A DNA stretch of 64,000 bases from an uncultured Acidimicrobiales bacterium (GCA_963842395.1 CAWJGJ010000001.1:1834889-1898888); one strand, 5' to 3'. Numbered from the stretch's first letter, positions 27,337 to 36,472 are shown. Notes: generated by a model from the letters alone, not told the origin. Numbers and translations are program-made.

Positions 27337-29099
27337 GAGGTCCTCCTGTGAAGCTCGAGCCGCACCCGGCTGCGCTCCCTGCGCTGGAACACGCGGCGCT
27401 GCGCCTCCGCCGAACGCAGCGCGGCGCGCAGCAGCGGTCCGATCAGCTCCGGCAACTGCTCGGGGGTGGGGATCGTGGCGTGGGCCGCGGTGCCGAACAC
27501 CCGCCGGAGCGCCGCCGGCTCGGTGCCGGCCCCGATGCTGAGACAGAGGCAACCCGTGCCCCGGCGGCGGACCTCGGTGAGGGCGCGCCGTGCGTCGGCC
27601 TCGCCGTACGGGCCCTCGTAGCCGTGGTCGTACGCGAACCCGTCCGAGAGGACGAGGAGGACCCGGCGGGCGGTCCCGCCGCGCTCCTCCAGCACGGTCC
27701 CCCCGTGGCGGATGGCGGCGCCGAGCCTGGTGTAGGCCGCCGGCACGAGGCCGCCGAGGCGCCGGATGGCCCGGCCGTCGAGCTGGTCGTCGAACCGCTT
27801 CACCCGCGTGACGTGCACCGCCCGCCGGCCCTGGGAGTTGAAGGCGTACAGCGCCACGCGGTCGCCCAGGTCGTGGAGCGCGGTCGTCAGCGCCGCGGCG
27901 GCCGACCGCTGGTGCTCGTGCACCGTCCGGCCCGCCGCACCGGGCTCCCCCGCCGAGCCGGAGATGTCGAGCAGGACCAGGACGGCGAGGTCGCGTCGAC
28001 GGCGGAGGCTTTCGACGTAGACCGCGTCGTCGGGCGGCGAGCCCGCCAGCACCTCCACCCGGGCCTCGACCACGGCGTCGATGTCGATGTCGTCGCCCTG
28101 CATCTGCCGGTGGCTGCGGGTGAGGCCGGTGCCGAGGCGGGCGAGCGGTCGCCGCAGCGCCGCGCCGTCGGGCACATCCATCGGCGCCAGGTCGGCGGGA
28201 CGGGGGTCGCGCTCGTGCACGGTGCACCAGCCTGGGCGGTAGCGCCGCCGGTTGGCGTCCCACTCGGGATACGTCCTCGCCCGTGGCACGAACGCCTCGG
28301 TCGCGTCGTGCGCCTCCGGCACACCGTCGGCGTGCGCGGCCCGACGGCGGTCCCCGGGCCCGGCCCGGCCGGCATGGGTCGGCGTGTCCGCGCCCGCGGG
28401 ACCGCCGCCACCGCGCTCGCGCGTCGGGCTGAGCAGGCGCTGGAGCAGTCGCCCGAGCACTCCCCCGCCCCCCACCGGGCTCGACAACATGTGTCCCACG
28501 CTCGGCCCGTCACCGTCGTCGTCGAGATCGTCGTCGAGATCGTCGACGCCTGATCGGCCTGCCCCCGCCGGTGAGCCAGGAGCCTGGTCCGGCGACGGCC
28601 CGACGGCCTCGGCTCGTTCGAGTGCGGCGAGCAGCCGGCGCGGCCGGATCGTGCCGAAGGCTCCCGGCGGATCGTCGAGCACCCGGCCACCCCGGGCGAT
28701 CGCCAGCGAGGCCTCGGCCGCATCGGGCCCCGACCCGACCCCGCGGTCGGTCAACGCCCGCACGACCGGGGGGAGGAGCCCGTCGTTCGCCGCCAGAGCG
28801 CGGTGACCCTCCACGGCGAGATAGCGCCGGGCCAGCGCCGACCGGCGGCCGAGCTGCCGCACGACGCGCGCCTCGAGGCTCCCGGCGGCGAGGAGCGAGG
28901 CCTGCACCGCCACCATGCGGATCTGCTCGGTCGGGGTGGCCCGGGCGTCGACGAACACCGTCGTGCCGTCGGTCCAGGCGGGCTCGCCGGGGCCGCCGTC
29001 GGCGACCTCGAGCGTGCGCCCCCCGAGCGCCGACGCCAGCAGCCGGAGCCGATCGACGCCCGTGGCGTGGGCCGCGTCGTCCACTGCCAGACCTAACAT
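27333..29099 (-). CDS. NorD/CbbO-like von Willebrand factor A domain protein
   Basis: 588 aa. C-terminal VWA with MIDAS LLDISGS...LVLSDG, an acidic linker (DDLDDDLDDDGDG) and a long N-terminal region as in NorD/CbbO. The start could be ATG 29099 or GTG 29081 (ambiguous). Confidence 0.7.
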   Translation of the reverse strand: MLGLAVDDAAHATGVDRLRLLASALGGRTLEVADGGPGEPAWTDGTTVFVDARATPTEQIRMVAVQASLLAAGSLEARVVRQLGRRSALARRYLAVEGHRALAANDGLLPPVVRALTDRGVGSGPDAAEASLAIARGGRVLDDPPGAFGTIRPRRLLAALERAEAVGPSPDQAPGSPAGAGRSGVDDLDDDLDDDGDGPSVGHMLSSPVGGGGVLGRLLQRLLSPTRERGGGGPAGADTPTHAGRAGPGDRRRAAHADGVPEAHDATEAFVPRARTYPEWDANRRRYRPGWCTVHERDPRPADLAPMDVPDGAALRRPLARLGTGLTRSHRQMQGDDIDIDAVVEARVEVLAGSPPDDAVYVESLRRRRDLAVLVLLDISGSAGEPGAAGRTVHEHQRSAAAALTTALHDLGDRVALYAFNSQGRRAVHVTRVKRFDDQLDGRAIRRLGGLVPAAYTRLGAAIRHGGTVLEERGGTARRVLLVLSDGFAYDHGYEGPYGEADARRALTEVRRRGTGCLCLSIGAGTEPAALRRVFGTAAHATIPTPEQLPELIGPLLRAALRSAEAQRRVFQRRERSRVRLELHRRTS

Positions 29100-29106
29100 T
29101 TGTTCA
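29090..29106 (-). promoter_or_regulatory. AT-rich recurrent box, copy b (GACCTAACATTTGTTCA)
   Basis: Overlaps ATG 29099 of the NorD-like gene, in the region divergent from the amidohydrolase at 29205. Confidence 0.5.
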
Positions 29107-29204
29107 TACTGGTTCCCGCGGGTTCACGCCGTCAACGAACCCACCGTGAGCGGCAGCCGGCGCTCCCCGACCCGCGGGCGGTGACCCTGTGCGATCGTGT
29201 CGTG

Positions 29205-30205
29205 ATGACCGACGCACCCCCGGCGGGGACCGACGAGTGGCGGGCGCTGGTCGACGAGCCGATCGTCGATCCCGACCAGCGGATGGTTGACGCCCACCAC
29301 CACCTGTGGCGCCCGGGCGAGGGCATGGGCTACGGGTTGGCCGAGCTGCTCGCGGACGTCGGCAGCGGGCATGACGTGGCGCGGACGGTGTTCGTCGAAT
29401 GCGGGTCGTCCTACCCGCGGGTGGACCGCCGGAGCTGGCGCCCGTGGGAGAGACCGAGTTCGTGGCGGGCGCGGCCGCCGACAGCGGTGGCCTGATCGGG
29501 GGCATCGTCGCCCACGCCGACCTGCGGCTCGCCAAGCTCGACGACATCCTCGACGCCCACGTCGACGCAGGCCGGGGGCTCCTGCGGGGCATCCGCCACT
29601 CGCTGGCGCGCGGCGACCGGGCCGACGGGCTGACGATCCCCGGCCGGGCACCGGCGGGACTGTCGGAGGACCCCGGGTTCCGGGCCGGGGTGGCCCTGCT
29701 GGGCGCCCGCGGGCTCACCTACGACACCTGGCAGTACCACTACCAGGCCCGGGAGTTCCTCGACCTCGCCCGGGCGGTGCCCGACACGCTCATGGTGCTC
29801 GATCACTTCTGCACGCCCCTCGGGGTGGGCCGCTTCGCCGGCCGGCGCGACGAGCTCTTCGACGCCTGGCGGGACGACATCACGGAGATCGCCCGCTGCG
29901 ACAACGTGGTGGCCAAGCTCGGCGGTCTCGCCATGCCGGACAACGGCTTCGGCTGGCACACCCGCGCGCACCCACCCACCTCCGACGAGTTCGTCGCCGC
30001 CCAGGGCCGCTACTACCTCCACATGCTCGACTGCTTCGGCGCGGACCGCTGCCTGTTCGAGTCGAACTTCCCCGTCGACCGCCTCTCGCTGTCCTACCGG
30101 ACGCTGGGCAACGCGGTGAAGAAGGTCCTGCGCGACTGCTCGGCCGCCGAGCGCGACGCCGTCTTCCACGGCACCGCCACACGCGTCTATCGGCTCGACG
30201 TCTGA
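29205..30205 (+). pseudogene. amidohydrolase-2 family protein (COG3618-like), single frameshift
   Basis: Frame A gives MTDAPP...MVDAHHHLW...VFVECGSSY. Frame B continues AGGPPELAPVGETEFVAG...LDHFCTP...FESNFPVD. The switch is at the CCC run 29414-29416; one extra C would restore the frame. Confidence 0.7.
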
Positions 30206-30376
30206 CCGCCGGCCAACCGGGCGCCGGTGCCCGCCCGCCGGCGGGACGTGGGAAACGGTGCGGCCTCTGGCACACTGACGGCCGCCCGGCGCGAAGCGTC
30301 CCTGATTCAGCACGTCTCGTGTGATCCGCGCCGGCCTCCAGCGACGAACAACCGCCCCATGGAGAGGACTTGCCGC

Positions 30377-30955
30377 ATGGACGATCGACGTCGGGGCCGT
30401 TGGGCGGAGCAGGTGCTGGTCGAGCGTCTGTCCCGCGGCGACGAGACCGCCCTCGCCGACCTCTACGACCGCTATGCGGGCTTCGTGCACGCCCTGGCCC
30501 TGCGCGTCGTCGCCAACCGGCCCGCAGCCGAGGACATCACCCAGGACGTGTTCGTCTTCCTGTGGGAGCACCCGGAGCGGATCGAGCCCGGGCGGGGCAG
30601 CCTGCGGGGGTTCCTCGGGACCGTGACCCACCGCCGGGCCGTCGACGTCGTCCGGCGGGAGGAAGCCCGCAAGCGCCGCGAGGAGCGGGCCGGGCCGGGG
30701 GACGCCGTCCCGCCACCCGACGAGACCGAGGCGGTGATCCACTCCGACACCCGCGGCAAGGTTCGCACCGCGGTCGACCTCCTCCCCGAGGCGCAACGGC
30801 GAGCGGTCGAGCTCGCCTACTTCCACGGCTACACGTACCGGCAGGTCGCGGTGGCACTGGGCATACCCGAGGGCACCGCCAAGTCGCGGATGCGCCTGGC
30901 GCTGGCCCGGATCGCCGAGATCCTCCAACCCGAGCTGAGTGAGCGATGGACATGA
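30377..30955 (+). CDS. ECF sigma factor
   Basis: ATG 30377, 8 nt after GGAGAGGA. Sigma-2 region (DLYDRYAGFVHALALRV, DITQDVFVFLWE) and sigma-4 region (YRQVAVALGIPEGTAKSRMRLAL). Confidence 0.8.
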   Translation: MDDRRRGRWAEQVLVERLSRGDETALADLYDRYAGFVHALALRVVANRPAAEDITQDVFVFLWEHPERIEPGRGSLRGFLGTVTHRRAVDVVRREEARKRREERAGPGDAVPPPDETEAVIHSDTRGKVRTAVDLLPEAQRRAVELAYFHGYTYRQVAVALGIPEGTAKSRMRLALARIAEILQPELSERWT

Positions 30956-32022
30956 CCGACGACCCGCGTCCCCCGCTGTCCCCCGACGACCTGGCCGCCT
31001 ACGCCCTCGACGCCCACGAGCCCGAGGACGCGGCCACGGTGGCCGCCCATCTCGAGGCCGTGCCCGCGGCACGCCTCCAGGAGCGCGCCCTCCGGGCCGC
31101 CGCCGGCGAGCTCGCCGCCGCCGTCATCGACGACGTCCCGCCGCCCGCGGGCCTGCGGGCCCGGGTGCTGGGCGAGGCGCACCGGCGCCGGGCGCCGGCT
31201 GCCGTGGTGGCGGGCGCCTCGCCGATCGAGGCCCACCGCATCGAGTTGGCGCGCGCCCTGCTGCTGCTCCGCGACCTGGCGCCGGAGGAGTGGGCCCGAC
31301 CGGTCGATCCCCCCGAGTTCGCCGGCTGGACGGTGCACGACCTGGCTGTGCACCTGGTGGCCAACGAGTCCCTGCTCGCCCACCACCTGGGCGTGCCGGT
31401 GGCAGGGATCCCCGAGATCGCCACCGACAACGAGGGCCGCACCGCCGAGGCGCATCGCCGGCACCTGGACCTTCCCCCCGAGACCGCCGTCGCCGAGCTG
31501 GAGGAGGCGGCCGAGGCGGTCCACTCGGCGGTGGTCGCCCGCGGCGAGGACCACCTCGACGAGCAGATCGACTGGTGGGGCGTCCCGACGGCGATCGGGA
31601 TCGCGCTGCTGATACGGACCTTCGAGACCTGGACGCACGCCGACGACATCCGCCGCGCGGTCGGCACCGCGATGGCGGGACCGCCGGGGGCATCGCTGCT
31701 GACGATGGCCCACGCCGCGTGCGGGTTCGTCCCCGGCATGCTGGCGGCGCGCGCCGATCGCCGTCCGGGCCGGCTCGCCCGCTTCCGGTTCACCGACCTG
31801 GACGACGCGGCGTGGGACGTCGACCTCGGCGTCGTCGGCGGCGTGCGGCCCGCGGGCGACGGCACCGTCGACGTCGACGTCGAGATCGTGACAGAGGCGA
31901 TCGCCTTCTGCCGGGCCGCAAGCGCTCGCCTGCCCATCGACGAGCTCGACCACCGGGTGGAGGGGGACGAGGCCCTCGCGGCGGCGATCGTGGACGCCCT
32001 CCCGGCGCTGGCGGTGCTCTGA
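30946..32022 (+). CDS. putative anti-sigma factor with DinB/MDMPI_N (mycothiol maleylpyruvate isomerase-like) domain
   Basis: Overlaps the sigma gene by 10 nt. The N-terminal about 60 aa resembles an anti-sigma domain but lacks the HxxxCxxC zinc motif. It is followed by WTVHDLAVHLVANE...ETWTHADDI, typical of MDMPI_N/DinB. No TM segment. Confidence 0.6.
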   Translation: MDMTDDPRPPLSPDDLAAYALDAHEPEDAATVAAHLEAVPAARLQERALRAAAGELAAAVIDDVPPPAGLRARVLGEAHRRRAPAAVVAGASPIEAHRIELARALLLLRDLAPEEWARPVDPPEFAGWTVHDLAVHLVANESLLAHHLGVPVAGIPEIATDNEGRTAEAHRRHLDLPPETAVAELEEAAEAVHSAVVARGEDHLDEQIDWWGVPTAIGIALLIRTFETWTHADDIRRAVGTAMAGPPGASLLTMAHAACGFVPGMLAARADRRPGRLARFRFTDLDDAAWDVDLGVVGGVRPAGDGTVDVDVEIVTEAIAFCRAASARLPIDELDHRVEGDEALAAAIVDALPALAVL

Positions 32023-32087
32023 CCAGACCGCCTGCGCCTCCCGCAGCTACCGGGCCACGATCTCCGGCCTCGACCGCGCCCACACGG

Positions 32088-33308
32088 TCACGGCCCGCTC
32101 CCGGCGGGCGCGGCGACGGCGGTGTCGGGGATGCCGAACAGGGCGCGGGCGTTGCCGCCCAGGAAGAGCCGCCGGTCGCGCTCGTCCGGGAAGCCGTCGG
32201 CCAGGCCCTCGAGATCGTGGATGTACCCGGGCGTGTGATCGGGGTGGGGGAAGTCGGACGCCCACAGGAACCGATCGGCGCCGAACCGCTCGGCCAGGTG
32301 GGGGATGGTGCGCTCGTCCGGGTCGCAGGAGACCCACACCCGCTCGCGGAAGTAGTCGCTCGGCTTGTGCTCGAGTGGCACCCGGGTGCCGATCCAGGTG
32401 TGGCCGTAGACGGCGTCGATGCGGTCGAGCCAGTAGCCGATCCACCCGCCGCCCGACTCCAGGACCAGCACCTTCAAGCCGGGGAAGCGGTCGAAGACGC
32501 CGTAGTCGAACAGGGTGGTGAACTGCTGTCGCACGCCGTCGGAGGCGGTGACCGAGGCCAGGAGTCGCAGCTTGCGCACGTTCTCCCACCCGCCCATGCG
32601 GGTGCCCTTCGTCCACTGGGGCTCGAAGGTCGGGTGGATGGCGAACGGCACGCCGAGGTCCTGGGCCGCCGCGAACACCGGGTCGTTGTCGGGGTGGCCC
32701 AGGGGCCGCCCATCGTGGCTGAACGGGCACACGTAGGCGCCCCGGGCGCCCTCACCGACCGCCCGCTCCAGCTCGCGGGCTGCCGCGGCGGGGTCGGTCA
32801 GCGACAGGTGGGCGGTGGGCACGAGCCGGTCGTTGCCCGCGCAGAGCTCGCAGATCCAACGGTTGTAGGCCCGCGTGTAGGCCTGGCTCAGCTCGGGGTC
32901 GGTGAGCTCGGCCTCCCACAGCAGTCCGATCGTGGTGTAGAGGACGGCGGCGTCGATGCCCTCGGCGTCCAGCAGCTCGATCCGCTCGCCCGCGTCCATC
33001 GACCCGTAGGGCGCCTCGTCCAGGTAGGTCCGGTCGGGATCGAGCTGCATCGAGCGCAGGTCGGGGTCGCCCATGGCGCCGAGCACCGACACCGAGCCGC
33101 GGCTGCTCATCACCGACCGCTCGCCGCCGATCTCCAAGGCCTCCAGCCCGTCGTCGCCGACGACGATGCGCAAGGCCCGGTCGCGGTACCGGGGCTCGAG
33201 GTAGGTCTCCCACAGGTCCGGCGGCTCGAGGACGTGCCCGTCGGCGTCGACGGCTCCCGGGTAACGGAGCCGGGCGGTGGCGTGAAGGGGCTTCGTGCTC
33301 GTCGGCAT
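32088..33308 (-). CDS. amidohydrolase-2 family metallo-enzyme
   Basis: 406-aa sub-ORF from ATG 33308. Motifs VDADGHVLEP and WASDFPHPDH. Confidence 0.8.
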   Translation of the reverse strand: MPTSTKPLHATARLRYPGAVDADGHVLEPPDLWETYLEPRYRDRALRIVVGDDGLEALEIGGERSVMSSRGSVSVLGAMGDPDLRSMQLDPDRTYLDEAPYGSMDAGERIELLDAEGIDAAVLYTTIGLLWEAELTDPELSQAYTRAYNRWICELCAGNDRLVPTAHLSLTDPAAAARELERAVGEGARGAYVCPFSHDGRPLGHPDNDPVFAAAQDLGVPFAIHPTFEPQWTKGTRMGGWENVRKLRLLASVTASDGVRQQFTTLFDYGVFDRFPGLKVLVLESGGGWIGYWLDRIDAVYGHTWIGTRVPLEHKPSDYFRERVWVSCDPDERTIPHLAERFGADRFLWASDFPHPDHTPGYIHDLEGLADGFPDERDRRLFLGGNARALFGIPDTAVAAPAGSGP

Positions 33309-33310
33309 GG

Positions 33311-34093
33311 TCACCGTCCTCGGAAGTGGGGGTCCCGCCGCTCCAGGAACGCGGCGACGCCCTCGCGGTGGTCGTCGGTACCGAACAGCTCGGCCAGGCT
33401 GCGGCTCACCCAGGCGCCGAGCTCGGGCCAGTCCGGGTCGAGCGCCAGCCGCAGTCCCTGCTTGATCCGCTGGACCGCCAGCGGCGGGTTGGCGGCGATC
33501 TCGGCGGCGAGGCCCATCGCCGCCGGGAGCAGCTCGGCGTGGGGCACGACCCGCGACGCCAGGCCCATGGCGTGGGCCTCGGCGGCGTCGACGATGCGGC
33601 CGGTGAACAGCAGCTCGGCGGCCCGCTCCCGCCCCACGAGCTGGGCGAGCCGGCCGATGCCGGGGACGTCGGTGCAGAGACCCCGCTTCACGAACAGCTC
33701 GCCGAACCGGGCCCGCTCGGAAGCGACCCGGATGTCGGCCATCAGCGCCAGCTCCATGCCCCATCCCACCGCCGGTCCGTTGACGGCGGCGATCACCGGG
33801 ACGTCGGTGTGGAGGAGGGCGTCGGCGGCCGGCGTGAGGCGGGGCCGGGCGGCCAGGTCGGCGGACGTCCCCTTGCCGGCGTCGCGCATGATCTGCTTCA
33901 CGTCGTCGCCGGAGCAGAAGGCCGGGTCGGCCCCGGTGATCACGAGGCAGCGGGCGGTCGTGGACCGCACCACCTGCTCCAGCTCGGCGTAGGTGGTGAA
34001 CGTGAGGGCGTTGCGGGCCTCGGGCCGGTCGAGCGTCAGCACGCCGACGTGGTCGCGCTCCTCGTAGGTCAGCTCGGTGGGCTCAGCGGGCAC
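33311..34093 (-). CDS. enoyl-CoA hydratase/isomerase family protein
   Basis: GTG 34093 overlaps the ligase stop. Motifs ITGADPAFCSGDD and AAVNGPAVGWGMELALMADIRVA. Confidence 0.8.
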   Translation of the reverse strand: MPAEPTELTYEERDHVGVLTLDRPEARNALTFTTYAELEQVVRSTTARCLVITGADPAFCSGDDVKQIMRDAGKGTSADLAARPRLTPAADALLHTDVPVIAAVNGPAVGWGMELALMADIRVASERARFGELFVKRGLCTDVPGIGRLAQLVGRERAAELLFTGRIVDAAEAHAMGLASRVVPHAELLPAAMGLAAEIAANPPLAVQRIKQGLRLALDPDWPELGAWVSRSLAELFGTDDHREGVAAFLERRDPHFRGR

Positions 34094-35756
34094 GGGTCGC
34101 CGCCTCGGCCGCCAACTCGTCGCGGAGCTCCCGCTTGAGCACCTTTCCGGCCGCGTTGCGGGGTAGCGCCTCCCCGGTGAGGTGCACGACCGCCGGGACC
34201 TTGAACACTGCCAGGCGCTCGGCGACGTGGGCCCGGAGGCCGTCGGCGTCGACGGCGGCCCCGTCGCGCAGGCGGACCACGGCGGCGACCTCCTCGCCCA
34301 GGCGCTCGTGGGGCACACCGACGATGGCCGCCTCGGCCACGTCCGGGTGCTCGTACAGGGCGGCCTCCACCTCGGCGGCGTAGACGTTCTCCCCGCCCCG
34401 GATGACGACGTCCTTCATCCGGTCGGCGACGTAGAGGAACCCGTCGTCGTCGAGGCGGCCGGCGTCACCGGTGTGGAACCAGCCGTCGGTCAGGGCCGCG
34501 GCGGTGGCGTCGGCGTCGTCCCAGTAGCCCCGGATCACGGTCGGGCCCCTGACCCAGATCTCCCCCACCTCGCCGGTCGGTGCCGGCTGGCCGACGGGAT
34601 CGGCGATGCGGACCTCCATCACCGGCGAGACCGGCCGACCGACGCTGTCCGGGCGGGCCAGGTAGTCGGGCCCGCCGTTGACGACAGCGGCGCCCGACGT
34701 CTCCGTCAGCCCGTAGCCGTTGCCGGGCGCCGCCTTCGACGCCAGCTGCTCGTCGATGCGGTGGACCAGGGCCGGCGGCACGAGCGTCGCACCGGATGCC
34801 ACGCCCGTGAGCGTGGCGAGCGCCTCGGGCCGGCCCTGGCTGCGGGCCTCGTCGAACAGCTCGAACAGGGTGGTGGGCACGCCGCCGATGGCGCTGATCC
34901 GCTCGCGTTCGACCAGGTCGACGGCCCGGCGGGCGTCCCAGCGGTACATGAGGACGACCTTGCCGCCGACCGCCGTGTACGGGAGGAGGAACGAGTGGAA
35001 CCCGCCTACGTGGAAGAGGGGGAAGGTGAGCAGCGTGGCGGGCGGGCCGGGCGCGGCCTCGGCGCTGCTGCTGGTCGTCGTGCCCTGGGCCGCGACGTAG
35101 AGGGCGTTCATCAGGTGCGACGTGATGTTGCGATGCGTCCCCACCGCGCCCTTGGGGCGGCCGGTCGTGCCCGACGTGTACATGATCGTGCAGTCGTCGT
35201 CGGGGCCGATCTCGACCGCGGGCAGGCCGTCGCGGTCTGTGCCGGCGCCGGACGCGACGGCGTCGTCCCAGCGCACCGCCCCGGCGGGTAGGTCGTCGGT
35301 GCGGACCGCCACGACGCTGGACACGAGGCTGTCGCCCAGGTGGGGGGCCAGGCGCTCCAGGCGCTCGCCGTCGGCGAACAGCGCGGTCGCGCCGGAGTGG
35401 CCCAGGCCGTACGCCAGCTCCGGCCCGGTCCACCACGCGTTGAGGGGCACGACCACGGCCCCGACCGATGTCGCCGCCCAGAGGGTCACGGCCCACTCCG
35501 GGTAGTTGCGCATGGCGATGGCCACCCGGTCGCCCTTCGCCACGCCCAGCTCGTCGGCCAGGTACCGGGCCAGCCGGCCGACCGCGACGTGGGCGTCCGC
35601 GAAGGTCCAGCGGTCCTCCTCGTACACCAGGTAGGGCGCGTCGCCGTGCGCCGCGCTCCTCTCCCAGACCGCCCGCAACGAGGGTGGAGCGTTGGTGAAC
35701 ACCTTCGTCGGCGCCCCCCCGCCCGTGGCCTCACCGACCTCGAACATGTCCGACAT
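34083..35756 (-). CDS. AMP-dependent acyl-CoA synthetase/ligase
   Basis: 557 aa. AMP-binding motif IMYTSGTTGRPKGA and C-terminal GKVLKRELR. TAAGTT lies 6 nt upstream of ATG 35756, which looks leaderless. Confidence 0.85.
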   Translation of the reverse strand: MSDMFEVGEATGGGAPTKVFTNAPPSLRAVWERSAAHGDAPYLVYEEDRWTFADAHVAVGRLARYLADELGVAKGDRVAIAMRNYPEWAVTLWAATSVGAVVVPLNAWWTGPELAYGLGHSGATALFADGERLERLAPHLGDSLVSSVVAVRTDDLPAGAVRWDDAVASGAGTDRDGLPAVEIGPDDDCTIMYTSGTTGRPKGAVGTHRNITSHLMNALYVAAQGTTTSSSAEAAPGPPATLLTFPLFHVGGFHSFLLPYTAVGGKVVLMYRWDARRAVDLVERERISAIGGVPTTLFELFDEARSQGRPEALATLTGVASGATLVPPALVHRIDEQLASKAAPGNGYGLTETSGAAVVNGGPDYLARPDSVGRPVSPVMEVRIADPVGQPAPTGEVGEIWVRGPTVIRGYWDDADATAAALTDGWFHTGDAGRLDDDGFLYVADRMKDVVIRGGENVYAAEVEAALYEHPDVAEAAIVGVPHERLGEEVAAVVRLRDGAAVDADGLRAHVAERLAVFKVPAVVHLTGEALPRNAAGKVLKRELRDELAAEAATRAR

Positions 35757-35761
35757 GCCCC

Positions 35762-35782
35762 AAACTTAGCGAGCGTTCGGCG
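35762..35782. promoter_or_regulatory. TetR operator candidate, box 1 (AAACTTAGCGAGCGTTCGGCG)
   Basis: Lies between the divergent acyl-CoA ligase (ATG 35756) and tetR (35816). Contains the near-palindrome CGAGCGTTCG and the -10-like TAAGTT on the minus strand. Confidence 0.55.
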
Positions 35783-35815
35783 GGTGCGCGGGCGCAGTCG
35801 GCTAGCGTCGCGTCG

Positions 35816-36415
35816 GTGGAGGAGCGCCGCACGCGCCCAGGCCGGGTCAACCTCATGCGCACCGCCATCGCACTGATGGGCGAGCACGGCTACGAGGGCA
35901 CGTCGACCCGCGACATCGCGAGCGCCGCGGGCGTGAGCGTGGCAGCGCTCTACTACCACTTCCCGAGCAAGCTCGACCTGCTCCGCGAGTTCCTCCACGA
36001 GGCCCACGACGTCGTGGTCGGGCGGGTCGAGCGCGAGATCGCCGCTGCCGGCCCGACGGCCCGGGCCAGGCTCGACGCCGCCGTCGCCGCCCTGGTGTGG
36101 TCCAACATCCACGACGGTTGGGCCCGGCAGGCTGCGCTGGTCGCCTGGCGGGAGCAGGGCCGGCTCGACCTGCCCGACCAGAAGCTGATCGCGAAGAAGC
36201 GCCTGCAGTTGGTCGAGATGATCGGGCGCGTGCTGGAGGAGGGCGTCGCCGGCGGTGAGTTCGCCACCGGCGAGCCCAGCGAGGTCGCCCGCGCCATCCT
36301 CACGTTGTGCATCTCGGTGGCCGATCCCTTCGCCGAGCCTCAACCGGCCCTGGCCAGGGTCATCGAACTCCACCAGCGGCTCGCAGCCGCGCTCGCCGAC
36401 ACACCGCCCGCCTGA
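35816..36415 (+). CDS. TetR-family transcriptional regulator
   Basis: HTH TSTRDIASAAGVSVAALYYHFPSKLDL. Flanked on both sides by the same 20-nt dyad box. Confidence 0.8.
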   Translation: MEERRTRPGRVNLMRTAIALMGEHGYEGTSTRDIASAAGVSVAALYYHFPSKLDLLREFLHEAHDVVVGRVEREIAAAGPTARARLDAAVAALVWSNIHDGWARQAALVAWREQGRLDLPDQKLIAKKRLQLVEMIGRVLEEGVAGGEFATGEPSEVARAILTLCISVADPFAEPQPALARVIELHQRLAAALADTPPA

Positions 36416-36451
36416 CCCCGCCACGCACGAGGCGCGGCGCCTCGCGCGGGC

Positions 36452-36472
36452 GAACTTAGCGAGCGCTCGGCG
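36452..36472. promoter_or_regulatory. TetR operator candidate, box 2 (GAACTTAGCGAGCGCTCGGCG)
   Basis: Identical to box 1 at 19 of 20 positions, with a perfect 10-bp palindrome CGAGCGCTCG. Lies downstream of tetR and upstream of the SBP gene. Confidence 0.55.

Noticed and set aside
29081-29099. Treating the ATG inside AT-box copy b as the certain start of the NorD-like gene
   Set aside because: The ATG is part of the conserved box (AACAAATGTTAGGT), so it may be coincidental. An in-frame GTG 18 nt downstream (29081) is equally plausible. I kept 29099 as the feature limit but flagged it as ambiguous.
30251-30320. ECF-type autoregulatory promoter upstream of the sigma gene at 30377 (GGAAAC at 30251; CGTCT at 30313)
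   Set aside because: The two elements are about 56 nt apart. No -35-like and -10-like pair shows the 16-18 nt spacing expected for ECF promoters.
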